From: Vicugna vicugna
Lineage: Eukaryota
NCBI GenBank assembly: GCA_013265495.1
Contig: MU058636.1
Span: 8,825,425-8,889,424 of the forward strand
Direction of reading: 5' to 3'
DNA length: 64,000 nucleotides
The notes under the pieces were generated by a model. It searched no databases. It was given only the letters and a program-made list of their open reading frames with translations, and was not told where the DNA came from. The translations under genes and the position numbers were made by a program. Of this stretch, positions 15,190 to 30,159 are shown piece by piece. Position 1 is the first letter of the stretch, and the number at the start of each line of letters is the position of its first letter.

Positions 15190-15682
15190 AGACATCTTAC
15201 TCTGTCCTGTAGAGCCCCATGAGATCTGGTCCCTGCCAACGTTTCTAACTTCATCTCATCACATCTACCCAGTATCTACAAGCTATGGGCATCTTCACTT
15301 ATCTTCTCTATCCTTCCCAGCTCCAAAATTTGTTCAGAATTTTGCACTGGTGCTTTTCTCTGCCTGAAACACTCTTCTACCTAATTTGTGCATAGCTGAG
15401 GTATTCCTGTAAGTGCATTCTTTACTTAAATGTCACCTCCTCAGAGAAGTCTTTCTTAACCATCAAAAGAGCACAGTCACCCAGTCATATTCAATCACAG
15501 TGACTTACTTTACCTCTCCGGATGGTACTTACCACCGGCATCTTCTCATTTTTTAAAATTTATTTATTATGTCTTCCTCCACTAGAATGTATATTCTATG
15601 AGAACAGGAACCTTATCTCTTTTTTCCACTGGTCTAGCAATGGTATCTTCAACAGTGCCTGGCATAGTGGGTACTGATAGAA
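15190..15682 (+). mobile_element. LINE-2 (L2a-like) 3' portion
   Basis: cttaaatgtcacctcctcagagaagtctttc ... ccactagaatgt ... aacagtgcctggcatagt. Confidence 0.8.
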
Positions 15683-15766
15683 CGAAGGAAGGAAGGAAGG
15701 AAAGAAGGAAGGAAGGAAGGAAGGAAGGAAGGAAGGAAGGAAGGGAGGAAGGAAGGGAGGAAGGAA
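15683..15766. repeat. (GAAG)n microsatellite grown at the L2 tail
   Basis: gaaggaaggaaggaaggaaagaaggaagg...gggaggaagg. Confidence 0.95.
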
Positions 15767-16859
15767 AAGTGGGACTTTCACTCTGTGCACCTTTCCCTCC
15801 TTGCTTTTATTTTCCTATCTATAAACTCCCCCAGATTCTATCAAACACTCTGAAGAATTTGATAAATACACACCTCTTTCAAATCCCCCCGTAGTCTCAG
15901 CAACAGACCCCCAGCCTCTACATACAGAAATGCTAAGTTTACATGTTGAGAGGAAGTGTAGTCCCCATCTTAAGACACAGCATCCACAGCCATGTATGCC
16001 CATCGCTTCTCTTCTATATGAAAACATTTTCTGTTATGTAAACACGAGTTTTCAACCCTCTCAGCAGACAAAGAATGCGATCGCTGTCAGTAGTCTCGTC
16101 TTCACACATTAAGGATAATGAGACATTGATTTGCTCCCAGCAGCTCAGTGTGTTCCTTTAGCTTTACTGAGATAGCAGCATGTAGAAGGAAACCAGATGG
16201 CTGTGAACAGGAGGAGGGATGGCTCTGGAAAATAAAGTTGGATCCATGCAAATTCTGTGAGAAATACTGAATATTTGCGGATAAATTTTTTTTACTCCTG
16301 TTTCCAGTTACATAAATTTTCAAGATATATATGATAGCTCCACTATTATCATATTTTAAAAAATCATCCTAAACACATAATGGGACTTTATTCAGTAAAG
16401 AGTACAAAGCACTTGACTGATTATGATATATTTCTGTTTTTCAACACTCCTGCAATCCAGAAGGGGAGCTGAAATCATGCACACATTCATTTTTAGATCC
16501 TCTTGGCCTCCTTTTAACCCGACGACCTTAGGTAACTTATTGTCTCTCTACCATATTTCGTTCTTCCATAAAATAAAGTGATCAATAGCTCTGCTTTCTG
16601 GCGCTGTAAGCTGTAAGCAGGCCAAAATAAGTATCTAGCTATCATCCAAGATGGGGCATACAGCAGATGCTCAAAAAATACTAAAGAACTCCCGGTGTTG
16701 AGATGAAGTAGAAACACCGAACACTGAAATCCTGATGTCATAATAAATATTAAATTTCCAAATTTCTCGATTTCTAGTTCAGGAGCACATCTATCTCAGC
16801 TCTTTAACTATGACTGGCTTCCTTACAACAAGCTAGCCCCCATCCAACCTCCTTCCTTA

Positions 16860-17610
16860 AGGAATATGAACTATTTTTAGAGTATACTGAACCCTGCAAA
16901 CTGTAATCAATTTTGTTCCATTCATTATGATGTCTTTATTAGTATTCTTTCCATCAAAAGAAAATCTCTCCACCTGCCATCCTTGGTTCCATAATCTCAT
17001 TCTCTCTCAAGAGCCCACATATTTTTGTCTTGCTTTTTAAATTCTTCTTCTTTACTCGATCCCTTCCACGATTCAGAAATTCTATAACACTTCCCTCTTT
17101 AAACAAAATTCATGAGCCCAAATACATTCCTCACTATATTCTTATCTTTCTACTCCCCTCCAAAGGAGAACTTTTGGAGTTGGCTGCACAGTTACTGTTT
17201 TTCCTTCCTTTTCTCGCATCTCATTTGCTCTTCAGTCTTCTCCGATGTGAGTTTTGATCCCACCGTTCCACTGGAACATCTCTTGTTAGCCTCACCAATG
17301 GTCTTCAAGCTGCCATTCAGTGAAGCACTCACAAATCTCTTCTGAGCTTCTTAGCAACATCTGACATATTTGTCAATATTTTCCTGCCTTTAGCTTGACT
17401 TTTGTGGCACCCAGCTTGAGTCATTCTCCCACCACCTCTCTAAATATCTCTGCTCAGTACCTTCAGGCAGCTTCTCTTCTGTCTGATCTCTAAATGTGAT
17501 AGGTTGCATTGCTTTGTTCTAAGTCCTCTTCTCTCTGTCTTCACTCTTGTCCTAACAAAACTTATCTACCTCCTTGACTTTCACACTATTCATATTGACT
17601 TCCAAATTTA
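16860..17610 (+). mobile_element. LINE-2 internal fragment
   Basis: Pyrimidine-rich L2-like sequence (tcttagcaacatctgaca, tctctaaatgt, cttccaaattta). Confidence 0.55.
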
Positions 17611-18610
17611 GATCACAAACACAAAAGTACAATGTGCAAGAACATATGGGTAAAGTAAACAGAAATGGTAACTCTAAGAGAAAAATCAAAGAAAATACTC
17701 AAAATTAAAACATTGTAACAGAAGTGCGGAATGCTTTTTATGGGTTTAGCAGTAGATTCACCAGAGGAAAAAAAATCAGTGAGCTTGAAGACAGATCAAC
17801 GCAAAAAGAAAATAATGAAAACAGAACAGACCATCCAAGATTCAAGATTTATAATTTCAAAAGATATACATACCACAGATGTAACTAGAATACCAGAATA
17901 CCAGGAGAAGAAAGAGAGCACAGAGTGAAAGAAAGAGTTGAAGCAATAATGGCTGAGAACTTTCCAAAACTCAATGACAGACACCAAACCACAGATCTAA
18001 GAAATTCAGAAAACATCAAGCAAAACAAATACAAAATAAACAAACAAAAAATTTTAAACACCTAAACATATCATAATCAAATATCAGAAAATCAAAGGCA
18101 AGGGAAAATATTGAAAGAAACCAGAGAAGAAAAATACTTTATGTAAATAAAAACAAGGATCAAAAATTACAGCCAATTTCTTAGCAGAAGCCATGCCAAC
18201 AAGAAGAAAATAAATGAAACATTTGAAGCATTAAAGAAAAAAATCAATAGCCTAGAATTCTATACTCATGGAAATTATTTTTCCCAAAATGAAGGACAAT
18301 AAAGACTTTCTTGGAAATTCATTACTCAAAACCTGCTCCACAAGAAATCTGCAAAGAAATTCTTCAGGCAGAAGGAAAACTTGGTCAAAAACTTGGATCT
18401 TTATAAAGAACGGAAGCATACCGGAAAAGGCAAAAATAACATCTTTTTATTCTTCACTGATCTAAAAATAACTGTGTAAAGTAACAGTGAAAAATAACAA
18501 TGTATTAGGTAATTATGGAATATGGAGAGGTGAAATGAATGACATCAATGCTCCACAGGATGGGAGGGAGTAATCGGGAGTCATACTCTGTTATAAGGCT
18601 GTTATAAGGT
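17610..18610 (+). mobile_element. Old L1 ORF1 region plus downstream segment
   Basis: gaagcaataatggctgagaactttccaaaac...gacagacaccaaaccacagat, typical of L1 ORF1. Confidence 0.8.
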
Positions 18611-21248
18611 ATCCTAAGAGATGAAATCTAATAACACTTTCTTATCACATTCATCCTGTACTGCCTGCAGAATAAACCTCAGCCTCATTAGTGTGACAGG
18701 CACGGATCATCAGTTTAGCTCCATGCCTATCTTTTTGGCCTCAACCACAAGCAGCCCATGATTGTCATATGGAGTAATTGTAATTCTCTGAGCATAATGA
18801 ATAATTCAGTATCTTTATTCATGCTGATTAGTTTGCCTAGAACATCCTCCACTTCTTGTCACAAATCACTTTTATATGTTTTAAAAAATACTTATCCTTC
18901 TATTAAAAAAAAAAGCTCATGTAACATTGCTAGGCACAGATGTGTAAGGTTAATGACTTCAAAGTAAAGGAGGAGTATTCCTAAGACTGCTTGAAAATTT
19001 CTTACTGAATGTTTGGAAACTCTTCTCAATAAGATAAGAAAATATAGAAAAGAGGCAAACATTAGAAGAGATTCTGAATTTTGTTTTGATAACTCTGGGT
19101 TTGAAGAGCCTAGGAGACTTTCTAGCCTTTGGCAAACACAGAATTGTTCAAATCTGGCAGTTAATTACATTGAGTTGATAATAGAAATGTGGTGTAGATA
19201 ACTTTAGACAGAGACAAAAAGAAAATATAGAATGTACAAATAAACCCTCAGATATTTTCTATGTGTTAAAGAGGAAGAAAACCAAAAATCTTCTTGTCAT
19301 AGAAACAAATGGAGAATGTTTCTAAGAAGGTAAATGTGGTCAGTGGTTTGAGTGCTGGACAGAGATTAAAGGTGACGCTGAGACCTGGGCTCTCAGTAGG
19401 AATACGAGACATAAATCCCCCACCCCTACCACATATCGCTTTCTTCAGTGACCCGCATGACAGTGATTCTGATCGATCCATGTGGTTCTAAGTAGGAGTT
19501 ACTCCATCTCTCACTTCAACCCTAAAAGCATGCCACTGGTCCCAGCAATTTATTCAGAAACACACACAATCTGAGTTGAACCAATGGGATTCTCCCTTGT
19601 ACATGATAGCAGTAGCTATCAGGAATGAGACTTCTTCATTCTCTGGGACTTGAAAATCGCAAAAAGCCTTGTAAATTGTGATATGGCAGGGGTCCCCCTG
19701 CCACAGCAGAAAGATTTTCTGAGAGGGACACATTTTAACTCTGATGGTAACTTCAGCTTTGTAGGTTGTTGTTGTTTTTTTTTTAAATTTGTCTGTTTGT
19801 TTGCTTTATTTGTTTTTTAAGGTAAATATACTTTTTATTTGTAATGAGTGAATATAGTTTCTGTCTAGGATGAATATAGCTTCTGTCACTTGTAACTGCA
19901 GAAGTCGTAAGTAAAATAGATCATTGTACCTCAAGAGAAGAGTTTCAACACAGTGGCTAGAATGAAATTCACACACTTGCTGAATAATTAACAAAGAGAG
20001 AGAAAATGGAACTAGCAAGAATATGGCACTCTTTAAAGACTCTGGGCAATAAGTGGGAGAAATTCTAAGGAGAAAGCAAGCAAACAGCATGTTCTGGGAG
20101 TTTTTTCAAGAACAAATTTTTTTCTTAGGAACAAAAAAATTTTAAGAACAAAAGAGATCTGAGAACACTTGCAGACTGAGGATAGGGACTGGAAAAAAAT
20201 GAGACTGAAGGTGCAGAAGAGAAAGGGAGATGGATGCACTTACATTTATATTGTCAAGAAAGGCTTTTTTGGAGGCAGCAACTTCTGATAGAAGGCACTA
20301 GAACCGTTTTCAGAGTGACAGTCACCTTTCTCAATTTGATTGATGGAAACAATTTCACAAGTAAATGTGAACATAAAGGGAAAAAAGGCAATTCAGGAAG
20401 TGGGAAAAGGTGAGGGAGATACTCTAATGTCAAACTATGATAACTAGCTCATCATTTTAAAAGCATGTTCTATTCTACATTTAAGGTGTATGTTTTGAAT
20501 CTTCAACTAGTAGTAATTTTTTAAGGCCAGGAACCTTACCTAAAACATTCTGATTTTCATTTGAGAATCATGCTACAAACAGATGTGTAATACATAGTTT
20601 TAACATTCGTTTTAGGGTCCATGATCTGAAAGACTACAAAAAACTATACTGTAACAGTATATATACTCTATCCAATACAATTATATTAACAGGTGAAGAA
20701 TTAATAATACTCCTACATTCAGTGCAATGATGAAAAATCAAAGCTTCTGGACATAAGTTTCTTTCTCAATCAGAACTTTTCTGTTCTCTCTACCCTCTTC
20801 TCATATAAAACTCTTTTATAAAATCTTATTCCAAATGTATAGGAAGCCAAGTAGTGAGTTTGCTCAAGAACTTCCTTGATAGGAACCTAAAATAAAGAGA
20901 AGTTTGTGTTGTTTCTATTTGTGTGTTTGTGTGTTTTAATAATTGCAGCCCAGAAAACGAGCATAGCAAGTGTTCACATACTATTTATTGTTTGAATGAG
21001 AAAAACAAAGGAATAATGTGATTGAATATGAATGATTAAGTCACACAGTCAGTTCTCTCATTTGCTTTTCCCTGGATATTGAAAACTTCAAATTCTGGTT
21101 CTTTTTTATAAACTATGTATGGCTTATTCAGAGTATACTGAAGAAAAACTAGGCATTTTCCATCAATAAGCAATGTAGAATCTCACTATGTTAACTGCTT
21201 CTATTTAAAACTTCAAATTGGCTTGCTTCTATGATGTCTACACTTCTA

Positions 21249-21298
21249 TGTGTGTGTGTGTGTATATATATATGTATGTTAGGGGGGTGTATATATAT

Positions 21299-21331
<33 letters not shown>
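21249..21331. repeat. Compound (TG)n(TA)n...(TA)n(CA)n(TA)n microsatellite
   Basis: Read directly; TG and CA runs are in inverted arrangement. Confidence 0.95.
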
Positions 21332-21332
<1 letters not shown>

Positions 21333-21969
21333 TTTGTATCTGTTTTACATCTGCCATATTCATCCTTATTACCGACATTCTGTATTTATCTTCAGATTCC
21401 CAGACTGCCATTTTGGATGAAGAGAGGTGCAGGTATCTATTTACTCCAGGACTATATGAATTAGAGTACTTAAAATGCTAGCTCTCAATCCAGTTGGTCA
21501 GGAGAGGTGCCAGGATGGAACACACATTGAAATGAATGCAGAGTCCGTGAATCTGCTCTGTCATAAATTCTCTCGCTGCCTAGTTCCTATCAATCTAATA
21601 TTATTATATTCAGAAAACTCACAGATTAAGATTTACATATTAAACAGCAGTCCAAGGTATGTTTTCAGATGTCATCATATTTCAGACAGTGTTCAAATGT
21701 ATTTGTTTTCTTAAACAACACCTAACTTCCTAATAGTTAAAAAAAAAAAGATATTTGTTTATACTAGAGAAAAAAGTGTTTGGATTATATTGCACAATAT
21801 AAAGAGTTTACTTAATGTATCTTTGAAATTTTGGATTTTCAAAATGAAATTTTGGATTTTCAAAACACATAATCATCAAAATACAAAACCAAAATGAATT
21901 GGATGTCCAATAAGACATATGTGTGGCTTTGTTACCACTACCTCAATGTTTAATGTGCACTCTCACTTC

Positions 21970-24330
21970 TTAACTCGTTTTGTGAGTGCCAGAAAAGCTC
22001 TGACACCAAACCTAACAAGAACATTATAAGAAGAGAAAATTACTAACCAATTCACTTTATGAACAAGAATGCAGTTATGCTTAACAAAATGTGAGCAAGC
22101 TGAATCAAACTATAATAAAATGAGTGCTACCTCATAACCAAGTAGAGGTTTTCTTAGGAATGAGAAACAGATGCAACATTAGAAAATTAATATAATTCAG
22201 CAGCTTAATAGAACAAAAGAAAAATCATTGAGTTATCTCAATGGAGGCAGAAAAAGCAACACCTATTCAGGAAAAAAAATTTCCTCACATAGGAACAGAA
22301 GGGGAAATGTCATCAATTGGGTTATTTTTTAAATGGGAATAAATGCTTTCTGTATGCCCAATCTTTAGGTTAAAAACATACAGCTGCTTTAGGTTAAAAA
22401 AATATATATTTTATATATATACCTGTAAAATGCTTATAGCTGATATTAAAGTTCACGGTGAAATACTGACTTTTTCCCCCTAAGATTGAGCACAAGGTGA
22501 GAAAGCCCACCATTAGTATTTTTATTTACCATGTTATGGAAGGTCCTAGCCAATAAAATTTTTCAAAAAGAAAAAAAAAGGCATAAAAATCATAAGGTAA
22601 GTCAAACTATATTTATTCACAAAAGAACTTGGTGTTTATAAAAATAATCACAAGGAACCTATCAAAAAAAACACAAAAAACAAAAAACCAAACACTACCA
22701 GAACTAACAGGCAACTTTAGCAAAGTCACAGTATACAAAGAACAATTGTATTTTTATTTGCTAGCAAAAAACACCCAGAAATTAAATTAAACTAATAAAA
22801 TATAAAATAACAGCAAAACAAAACATCTAGGAATAAATTAACAAAAATGTGAAAGCTCTCTATACTGAAAACTACAAAATAATTCTCAGAGAAATTGTAA
22901 ATACGGACAAATGGAGAACTATACCATGTTCATGGACTGGAAGACTCAATATTATTAAGATGCAAGCCTTCCTTCATTCTTCTAACAACTACACAACCCC
23001 GGCAAAAATTTGTTGAAATATCCAAGCTAATTCAAAAATTTACATCCGAAGTATTTAGAATAGACAACACAATTTTGAAAAAAGAAAAAAAGAAAACTAG
23101 AATACTTACATCACCTGATTTTGGGACTAAAGCTATAGTAATCAAGACCGTGTGGCTCTGGCATCAGGACAGATACAAAGGCAAATGAACAGGCTAGAGA
23201 GACCTCAAGGAGACCTCCACAAGTACTCAACTGATCTTCAACCATGTTGCCAAGGTAGTACAATGGGGAAAGGCTGGCTTTTTTTTTTTTTCTTTTCATT
23301 TGTTTTGTTTTCAGCAAATCTTGCTAGAACAATTTGATATCTCTATGTAAAAACATCTAACCTAGACTTTGGCCTTAAGCCACTTATAAAAATTGCTTTG
23401 AGACTGATTATGGTCCTAAATGTAAAAGCTAAAATTATTAGGCTTCTAAGGAAATACAAGAGAACATCTTCATGACTTTGGATTAGGCAATGATTTCTTA
23501 TACCAGGTTAAAAAGTGCTAAAATAAGGAAAAAATGGACTTGGATAACCCAACAAAGTAATAGGCAAAAGATCTGAAAAGACATTTCACTAATGTGGATA
23601 TGTAACTGAAAATAAGCACATGAAAACATGCTAAGCACCATAAGTCATCCTGAAAATACAAATTAAAACCACTGTAAGTTACCGCTATGCAACCACTAGA
23701 ATGGCTAGTTTCTTTTCAATGACAATGCCATGTATTTAGGAGGGGAAGAAACAGTTGGAACTTCATATGTTGCTAATGGAATTGTAAAACGTAATATCAC
23801 TCTGGAATTCTCTTAGGCAATTTATTTTAAGCCTAAACATACAGCTATCCAGCAATTCCAATTCAGGATATATAGAATATATACAACCAAAGTGACCTGT
23901 AAAAAAATGTTTATAGCAGCCTTACTTATAATAGTCAAAAAAATGGAAGCAACCCAAATGGACAAAAAAATAAACAAATCATGTATATCCAAACAATGGA
24001 ATACTACTCAGCAATACACTGATAACATGGATTAATCATTATACAGAACAAAAGAAACCAGACACAAAAGATAACTTATTATATTTCCAATTATATGAAT
24101 TTTACAACAACGAAGGCTAAGCTATGCTGATGATCTCAAAATGTTAATGTTTGCTTCTGGGTGAGATGAATTGGCTGAAAAGGAAAACAAAGAAAGTTTC
24201 TGGAGTGATGGAAATTTTCTATATCCCTATATGAGTGCTAGTTTCATGTATATATTTACCAAAACTAATTGAATTGTACACTTAAAATCTATGCATTTCA
24301 CATGTAAATTATGAATCAACAAAGTAAATA
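21970..24330 (+). mobile_element. Old L1 ORF2 plus 3' UTR (L1M/ME-like), decayed
   Basis: ccatgttcatggactggaagactcaatattattaagatg; aaagctatagtaatcaagac; aattaaaaccact; tgtacacttaaaat. Confidence 0.85.
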
Positions 24331-25789
24331 AAATGAACTTTACCTTGCCCGTATCTAAATGTCTTCAACATTTTTCTTACAGCATTATTCTTAGATAGGT
24401 TTCATGTGACTGCTAGTATATTTTGAAAACTCCTGCACTGGAGATAGGACTTGAAAATTAGTTGTCTGGCTCCAAAGGCTGCAGTCATATTCAGTACAGC
24501 ATGGAAGAGAAATTTAGCAACTTTATTCTTTAATTCAGCCATAACTAGACATTAAACAGAAGTCAGAAACTTCAAGCCAGAATTCCTCATGTACTAAGAA
24601 ATAGTAAGAGTGTTTTTGGAAGACAAACACTCACTAGCCATTATGCCTTGTTAGCAGTTAGGGGGAAAAGTTAGCAAATAATTATGTTAGTCGCCACTCA
24701 TTTAAATCTATTTGTATTTTGTATGTTTAATGATGGCTTCCTGTCCTTCTGTTTCCTTTTTACCTTCTTTAAGCTGAACTTATCAGAAACACTGATATTT
24801 AAATCTCTAAAAGAGAGAGAGAGAAGAAATCACAGAAGACATCTAAAATATTTAAAGTATTCTAACTTCTTATGTTTTCCAGAAGAACAAAAAAATCAAA
24901 TAAGAATTACACTGAGGATATCACTTACAATATGAGAGAAAACAACCATGCATGTGTTTTATGAATGGTGAATATTTTCAGGGCAGATAAACTACTAAGA
25001 AATTAAATTCTGTAATATTCAGGAAAGATAAAAATTTTTTGAAAGAAAATAAGAAAGTGTTAGAAGGCAAAGCAATTAATGTTTATAGCCAAAGAATTTC
25101 AATAATTTTGGCTTGTATTTCTAATCTCAGACTGCTAGACCACACTTCCAAAGCCCGTGGAATATAAAATCAATTAAAATTCATTTTGTGTCATATATAT
25201 TTAGTCTAAATTATACTATTAAGCCAAATGTTTAAATCTGTTTACTTTGCTACAAAAAAAGTCCTTTAGAAAAATCCTCAAATCTTTGAATTTATCACCC
25301 ATTAGCTGCCAAGCAGCTGGTCAAGAAATGCTCAATAGTCCAAAAAACTTCAATTTTAGAAGCTATTCTCAGTCAACAGCCTTGCCTTGGGAATTCGACG
25401 TATCTGGAAAGTATCCCAACAGTGGAACAGATGAACTATTTCTTTTCCCTCCTGCTTAGCGACAGGCAAAATCTAAAATTGTAAAAATGATTACCGCCCA
25501 ATTCTTAACAGATTATGATCCTGAAAATCATAACAAAACAAAATAACAACTTCACTCCTTCCAAATTTTCAGATTTCTTACTCTCTAACATTTGCGTAAA
25601 TTCCTCCCAAATAAAAGCTTAAACCATATGCATGAGCTAAATGGCATGTTTTGGGGCTGTATAGTCTTACACAAGAATTTAGCAATTCCTCTACATGAAG
25701 AAATATATATTCTCTTAAGCATGTTTCTGTATAGTTAGCTCAAAATTTTGCATTTTACGCTCACTGAAGGGTTATCTTAATCTCTGCAT

Positions 25790-27910
25790 GGTTATTGATG
25801 TGTTTAGAACATTTACATTCAGTGTAATTATTAACATGGTAAAATGGGTGAATCTACCATCTTACTGCTTGTTTTTCATTTGTCACTTCTGTCCTGTATT
25901 TCTTCCCCCCTCTTTTCCTGCCTCCTTTGGGACTAATTGAATTTTTATTTTATTTATATCCATTATTGGTTTATCATTAAAGTTATTTTATGTTTCAGTG
26001 GCTACTCTAGAGTTTGCAATATTTATGTTTTACATATAGTCTACTTTCAACTAATATTGTATCATTTACTTATATTGAAAAAGACTTACAATTAACATTT
26101 CTGCTCCCCACCAACTTCATGATCATTGTCCTAGCAATATCATACACATTGTTTCTGTATATGTTTTAGCACCACAAGACATTTTTATTATTTTTGCTTT
26201 GAATAATTATGTTTTACAGAGCTTTTAAAAAATTAGATGAACTCTCTTGTGTATTTATCGGCATAATCACCACTGCTGGCACTTTCATTCCTTTGTGTAG
26301 ATGCAAATTTCATTCTGGTATCTGGATGTTTTCACTTCGGCCCGTTAAGAACTTTAGTATTTCTTCTAATTCAGGACTGTTGGCCACAAAGGCTCTTTTG
26401 TTTATTTGCGAAAAATCTTTACTTCATCTTCATTTTTGAAAGATGCTGTTTATAGTTATAGAATTCTAGGCTGACAGATTTTTTTCTTCCAGTACATTAA
26501 AAATGTCATTCTACTAGTTTCTGGCTTGCAGACTTTCAGATAAGAAGTGGGCTGTCTGTCTTGTCCTTGTTCCTCGGAATATAATGTGCCTTTCCTCCCC
26601 TCTGATTACTTTTATGATTTTTTTTCTTTATTAGTGGTTTTCAGCAATTTGATTTTTATGTACCTTGTTGAATTTTTTTTAATGTTTCTTCTACTTGGGT
26701 TGATTAAACCTCTTGAATTTCTGTACTTAAATTTGCCATCAAATTTGAAACATTTTTCAGTCATGATTTCTTCAAATACATATTTGTGTCCATCACCTTC
26801 TGGATATCCTCCTCTCTCTAATATATAAAATATATTCAACGTTTTCCCTGAGGTCATTGGAGTTTTATTCATTTTTTTCTGTGTTTCATTTGGGAGTTTT
26901 TATTGCTAAATTTTCTGCAGTGTCTAATCAGTTAATTATTACTGGTAAGATTTTCATTTTAGATATTATCATTTTCATCCAGATGTTCCCTCTGGGTCTT
27001 TTTTATATATTCCATTTCTCTTCCCATCATGTTCATATTTTCCTCCATCCTCTTGTACTTACAGAGATAATTATAAAAACTGTTTAAGATCACCATCTGC
27101 CAAATCCATTATGTCTGTCATTTTGTTCTGTTTTTAATGACTGATTTTTTCTTCTGCTTCTTTGAATGCCTGTTAGTTTTTTATTGGATGCTGAACCTTC
27201 TGGGTGCTAGATTTTGTTGTGCTCCTTTAGATAATAAGGGGTGACATTATGACACATAATTAAATTACTTGGAATCAGGTTGAAAGTTTTAAGGCCTGCT
27301 TTTCAGGCTTGTTGGTATAGATAAAGTACACTAGTTAGTCTATAGCTAATATAGAACTACTACTAAGGCATAAATACTTTAGAAGATTCTAACTGGTGGC
27401 CTGTGTATGAAGGGCTTCCCACTTGGTGGGTGGAAACACAGATTATTTCCAGCTCTTCGTGTGCATTGGCGGTTGTCAGGTTTTACTGCTTTTCAGCTCC
27501 AACCCCTTCTGCCTCTATCCCTAGCCTTCAGGAATTTCCTCTCACGCGTGTGCATATCAAACTCAATGAAAGACTCTGACTATCTCAGAGACTTTCTCTT
27601 TGCAGCTCTCCCCTCTCTGATTTCTGCCCTGAAAGTTCTATTCCTCTGTGACTCCTTCAATTCTGATCTCTGGTCTCCTGAGCCCAGTGAAGTCACTGGG
27701 TTCTGCCTGAGTTCCTCTCCATGTGCTCTGGCCCAGGAGAAGCAAGGTGTGGCTCTCATAGAGCTCATCTCATTTGTTTTTCTTTTCTCAGTTTCTCCTT
27801 TTTTCAATACCTGAAAATAGTTGTCTCATACATTTTATCTAGTTTTCTAGTCATGGAATGCAGGGGAGTAGATCTGGTTTCTGTTGTTCCATTATGCTCA
27901 GAAGTTCTAG
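25790..27910 (-). mobile_element. Old L1 ORF1/5' region, antisense
   Basis: ORF 26612..26872 has VFEEIMTEKCFKF...NPSRRNIKKNSTRYIKIKLLKTTNKEK, resembling L1 ORF1p. Confidence 0.85.
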
Positions 27911-28349
27911 CTTACTAATTATGATTCCAGCTGCTTCTATTTCTATTTTTCATGCCCTTTAGAATTTCAATTTAATCATTATATTTTTATTTTCAGAATT
28001 TATCATTTTTCTTTTTCAAAATTTCCCCTTTTCATAATGCATTATCTTCTTTTCAGGGCTAAAATGACATTTTTGTTTAATCTAATTCTTCAGATTCTTG
28101 GGAAGCTAAGTTTGCTTATTCCTACCACTGTGCAGCCATTGTTCATGCTTTGATTAATGCCTTCATCAGTGTTTTCAAAGGAAATTTAGAGAGGCTGCCT
28201 TAAGAGATTATTGGCATTATGCCTTCTTAACCCAGAAAGCCATTTTGGTAATTTTACCAGGTAATCAATTATGTTATTCCTTTACTAAAGACAATGTAAA
28301 TTCATCTATTTACCAAATAATGTAAGTATTGTATCCATGGGATTTCAAT

Positions 28350-28655
28350 TTATAGAGATGACTGAGTGATGACATGAAGAGGCTAATGCCATTGGAAGAT
28401 TTTTATTACATACATTTCTCACTAGAAGGGGGCACACAGACCACACAGAGCCAAGTGGAAAGCACCAGGTTTTGGTCAAGAGGCAGGAGGAGGAGTGAGG
28501 GAGAAAGCACAGGCCAGAGCCTTTACTGGGATTCCTGCGGGAAAGGCAAGGCAGTACCGGGGAAACAGCATACCACCATACTGGCTACTTTCAATAATTC
28601 TGGTGCGCTTTGGGCTACAGGGGTGGTCTCTGCTTGCCTGGCATCTGGGTTGCTT
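28350..28655. mobile_element. Possible old ERVL-type LTR fragment
   Basis: GC-richer island with LTR-like motifs (ttttattac, agagcctttactggg); family not determined. Confidence 0.35.
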
Positions 28656-29902
28656 TCCCTAAATCATAGCATTTACACAAAGGCTCATAAGCTCAAATGA
28701 CTGCAGGGGATCAATGGAAAACACAAACGTGTGATTAGGACAACAGGTGCTGAGCCATTTGTATCTACACCAAATGTAACAGTCACTTAGCTGCACCTTA
28801 CAGAACGAACCCCAACTCCCCAGGGCCACGTGTCACCAGTTCACAATGTCTGCTTTACATACCATCATCATCCAAGAAAAATTAGTATCAACGAGCAATT
28901 CCTCATCCCTAAGAATTAAATAATTTTAGAAAAATCACTAATGAGATTTCTACTGCAGGGTCTCTGATTCAGAATAAACATGTGACAGAAATAATGTGAG
29001 GAGCATCACATCATTTTTTATTTAAATGGCTTCTTTATTTAATAAAATTTGATAAGAATCTTTAATTAGCCTTTCTAACCTCTGCTTTCACTAGCAGCAG
29101 TAAATTGAGTGAGCAGTCTGTCCTTTGAGTAGATAAGCCTTAAAACAAGAACAAAGCAAGAATCAAAGTGTATAATCTACTGCATTAAGAACACTTATGA
29201 CTGCAGTTAATGGAATGTAAAAACAGTACTGCAATTTGGAAGCATTATCAATCTCTAACATTTTTAAAGTAACATTAATTCATTCAACAAATTTTGACTA
29301 AGTACCTGCTACAGGCCAGGCAGTGTTCTAGATGCTGGGAAATAAAACCTGAGTAAGAACTCCCTGTGATGCTCAACAAATTAATTTATCACTCAATTAT
29401 TTGCATTTTAAACAGTAAATACTAAAAGTAAATTTTGTATAGGATCAAATTAGGTAAATTTTGCAAATAAAGATCAATAACTATGTTTTGACAATATTCA
29501 AAATCTATTTTGTGCATTTTCTCACTTTTTACAAGGATAATAATACACATCCTGAGTGCTTTGTATGTTTTATTTTAGACATCAAATAAGACAGGGAATG
29601 TAAAACACTTTAAAAAGAACAAAATGCTATAAAAATATAGGAGATACTAACATTGACTATTTCTTGCTTTGGTTAGGCATGATGGAGAGCTATTAATAAT
29701 TTTTATACATATCGAATACCAACAATATCAAATTGAAAATAATTAACATTTTAATGGTAATTGAGTAATGTACTCATAATATGGCAAGTTAGGATGCAAT
29801 TATTTTATTTCAACCTGAGCTGTGTCCACAGAGATTTAATTTAATTGGTCTGGTGTGGGCTTTTAGGAGTCAGGAGATTTCATGAGCACTCTGGGTGATT
29901 AA

Positions 29903-30158
29903 TTTTTTTTAATTTAATAAAAATTGAATATATGAGGTGAGCAATATGATGATTTGATATACATATACACAGTAAAATGATTAGTACAGTCAAGCTAATT
30001 AACATATCACATAGTTTTTATTTATGTTATGTTATAAATATACAACTATATGTAGTTACATATATAGTTGTGAGATATATTCATACCCATTCATACATTT
30101 CACAATTTCTTTATCCATTCATCCACTGACAAATACTTATGTCGTTTCCTTATCTCGG
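29903..30158 (-). mobile_element. L1MA-like 3' end, antisense
   Basis: T-tract then atgatgatttgatatacatatacac...gtcaagctaattaacatatc; tttctttatccattcatccactga. Confidence 0.75.
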
Positions 30159-30159
30159 T

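Noticed and set aside
15596..15894. ORFs with PSFL / RKEG repeats
   Set aside because: Translation of the (GAAG)n microsatellite.
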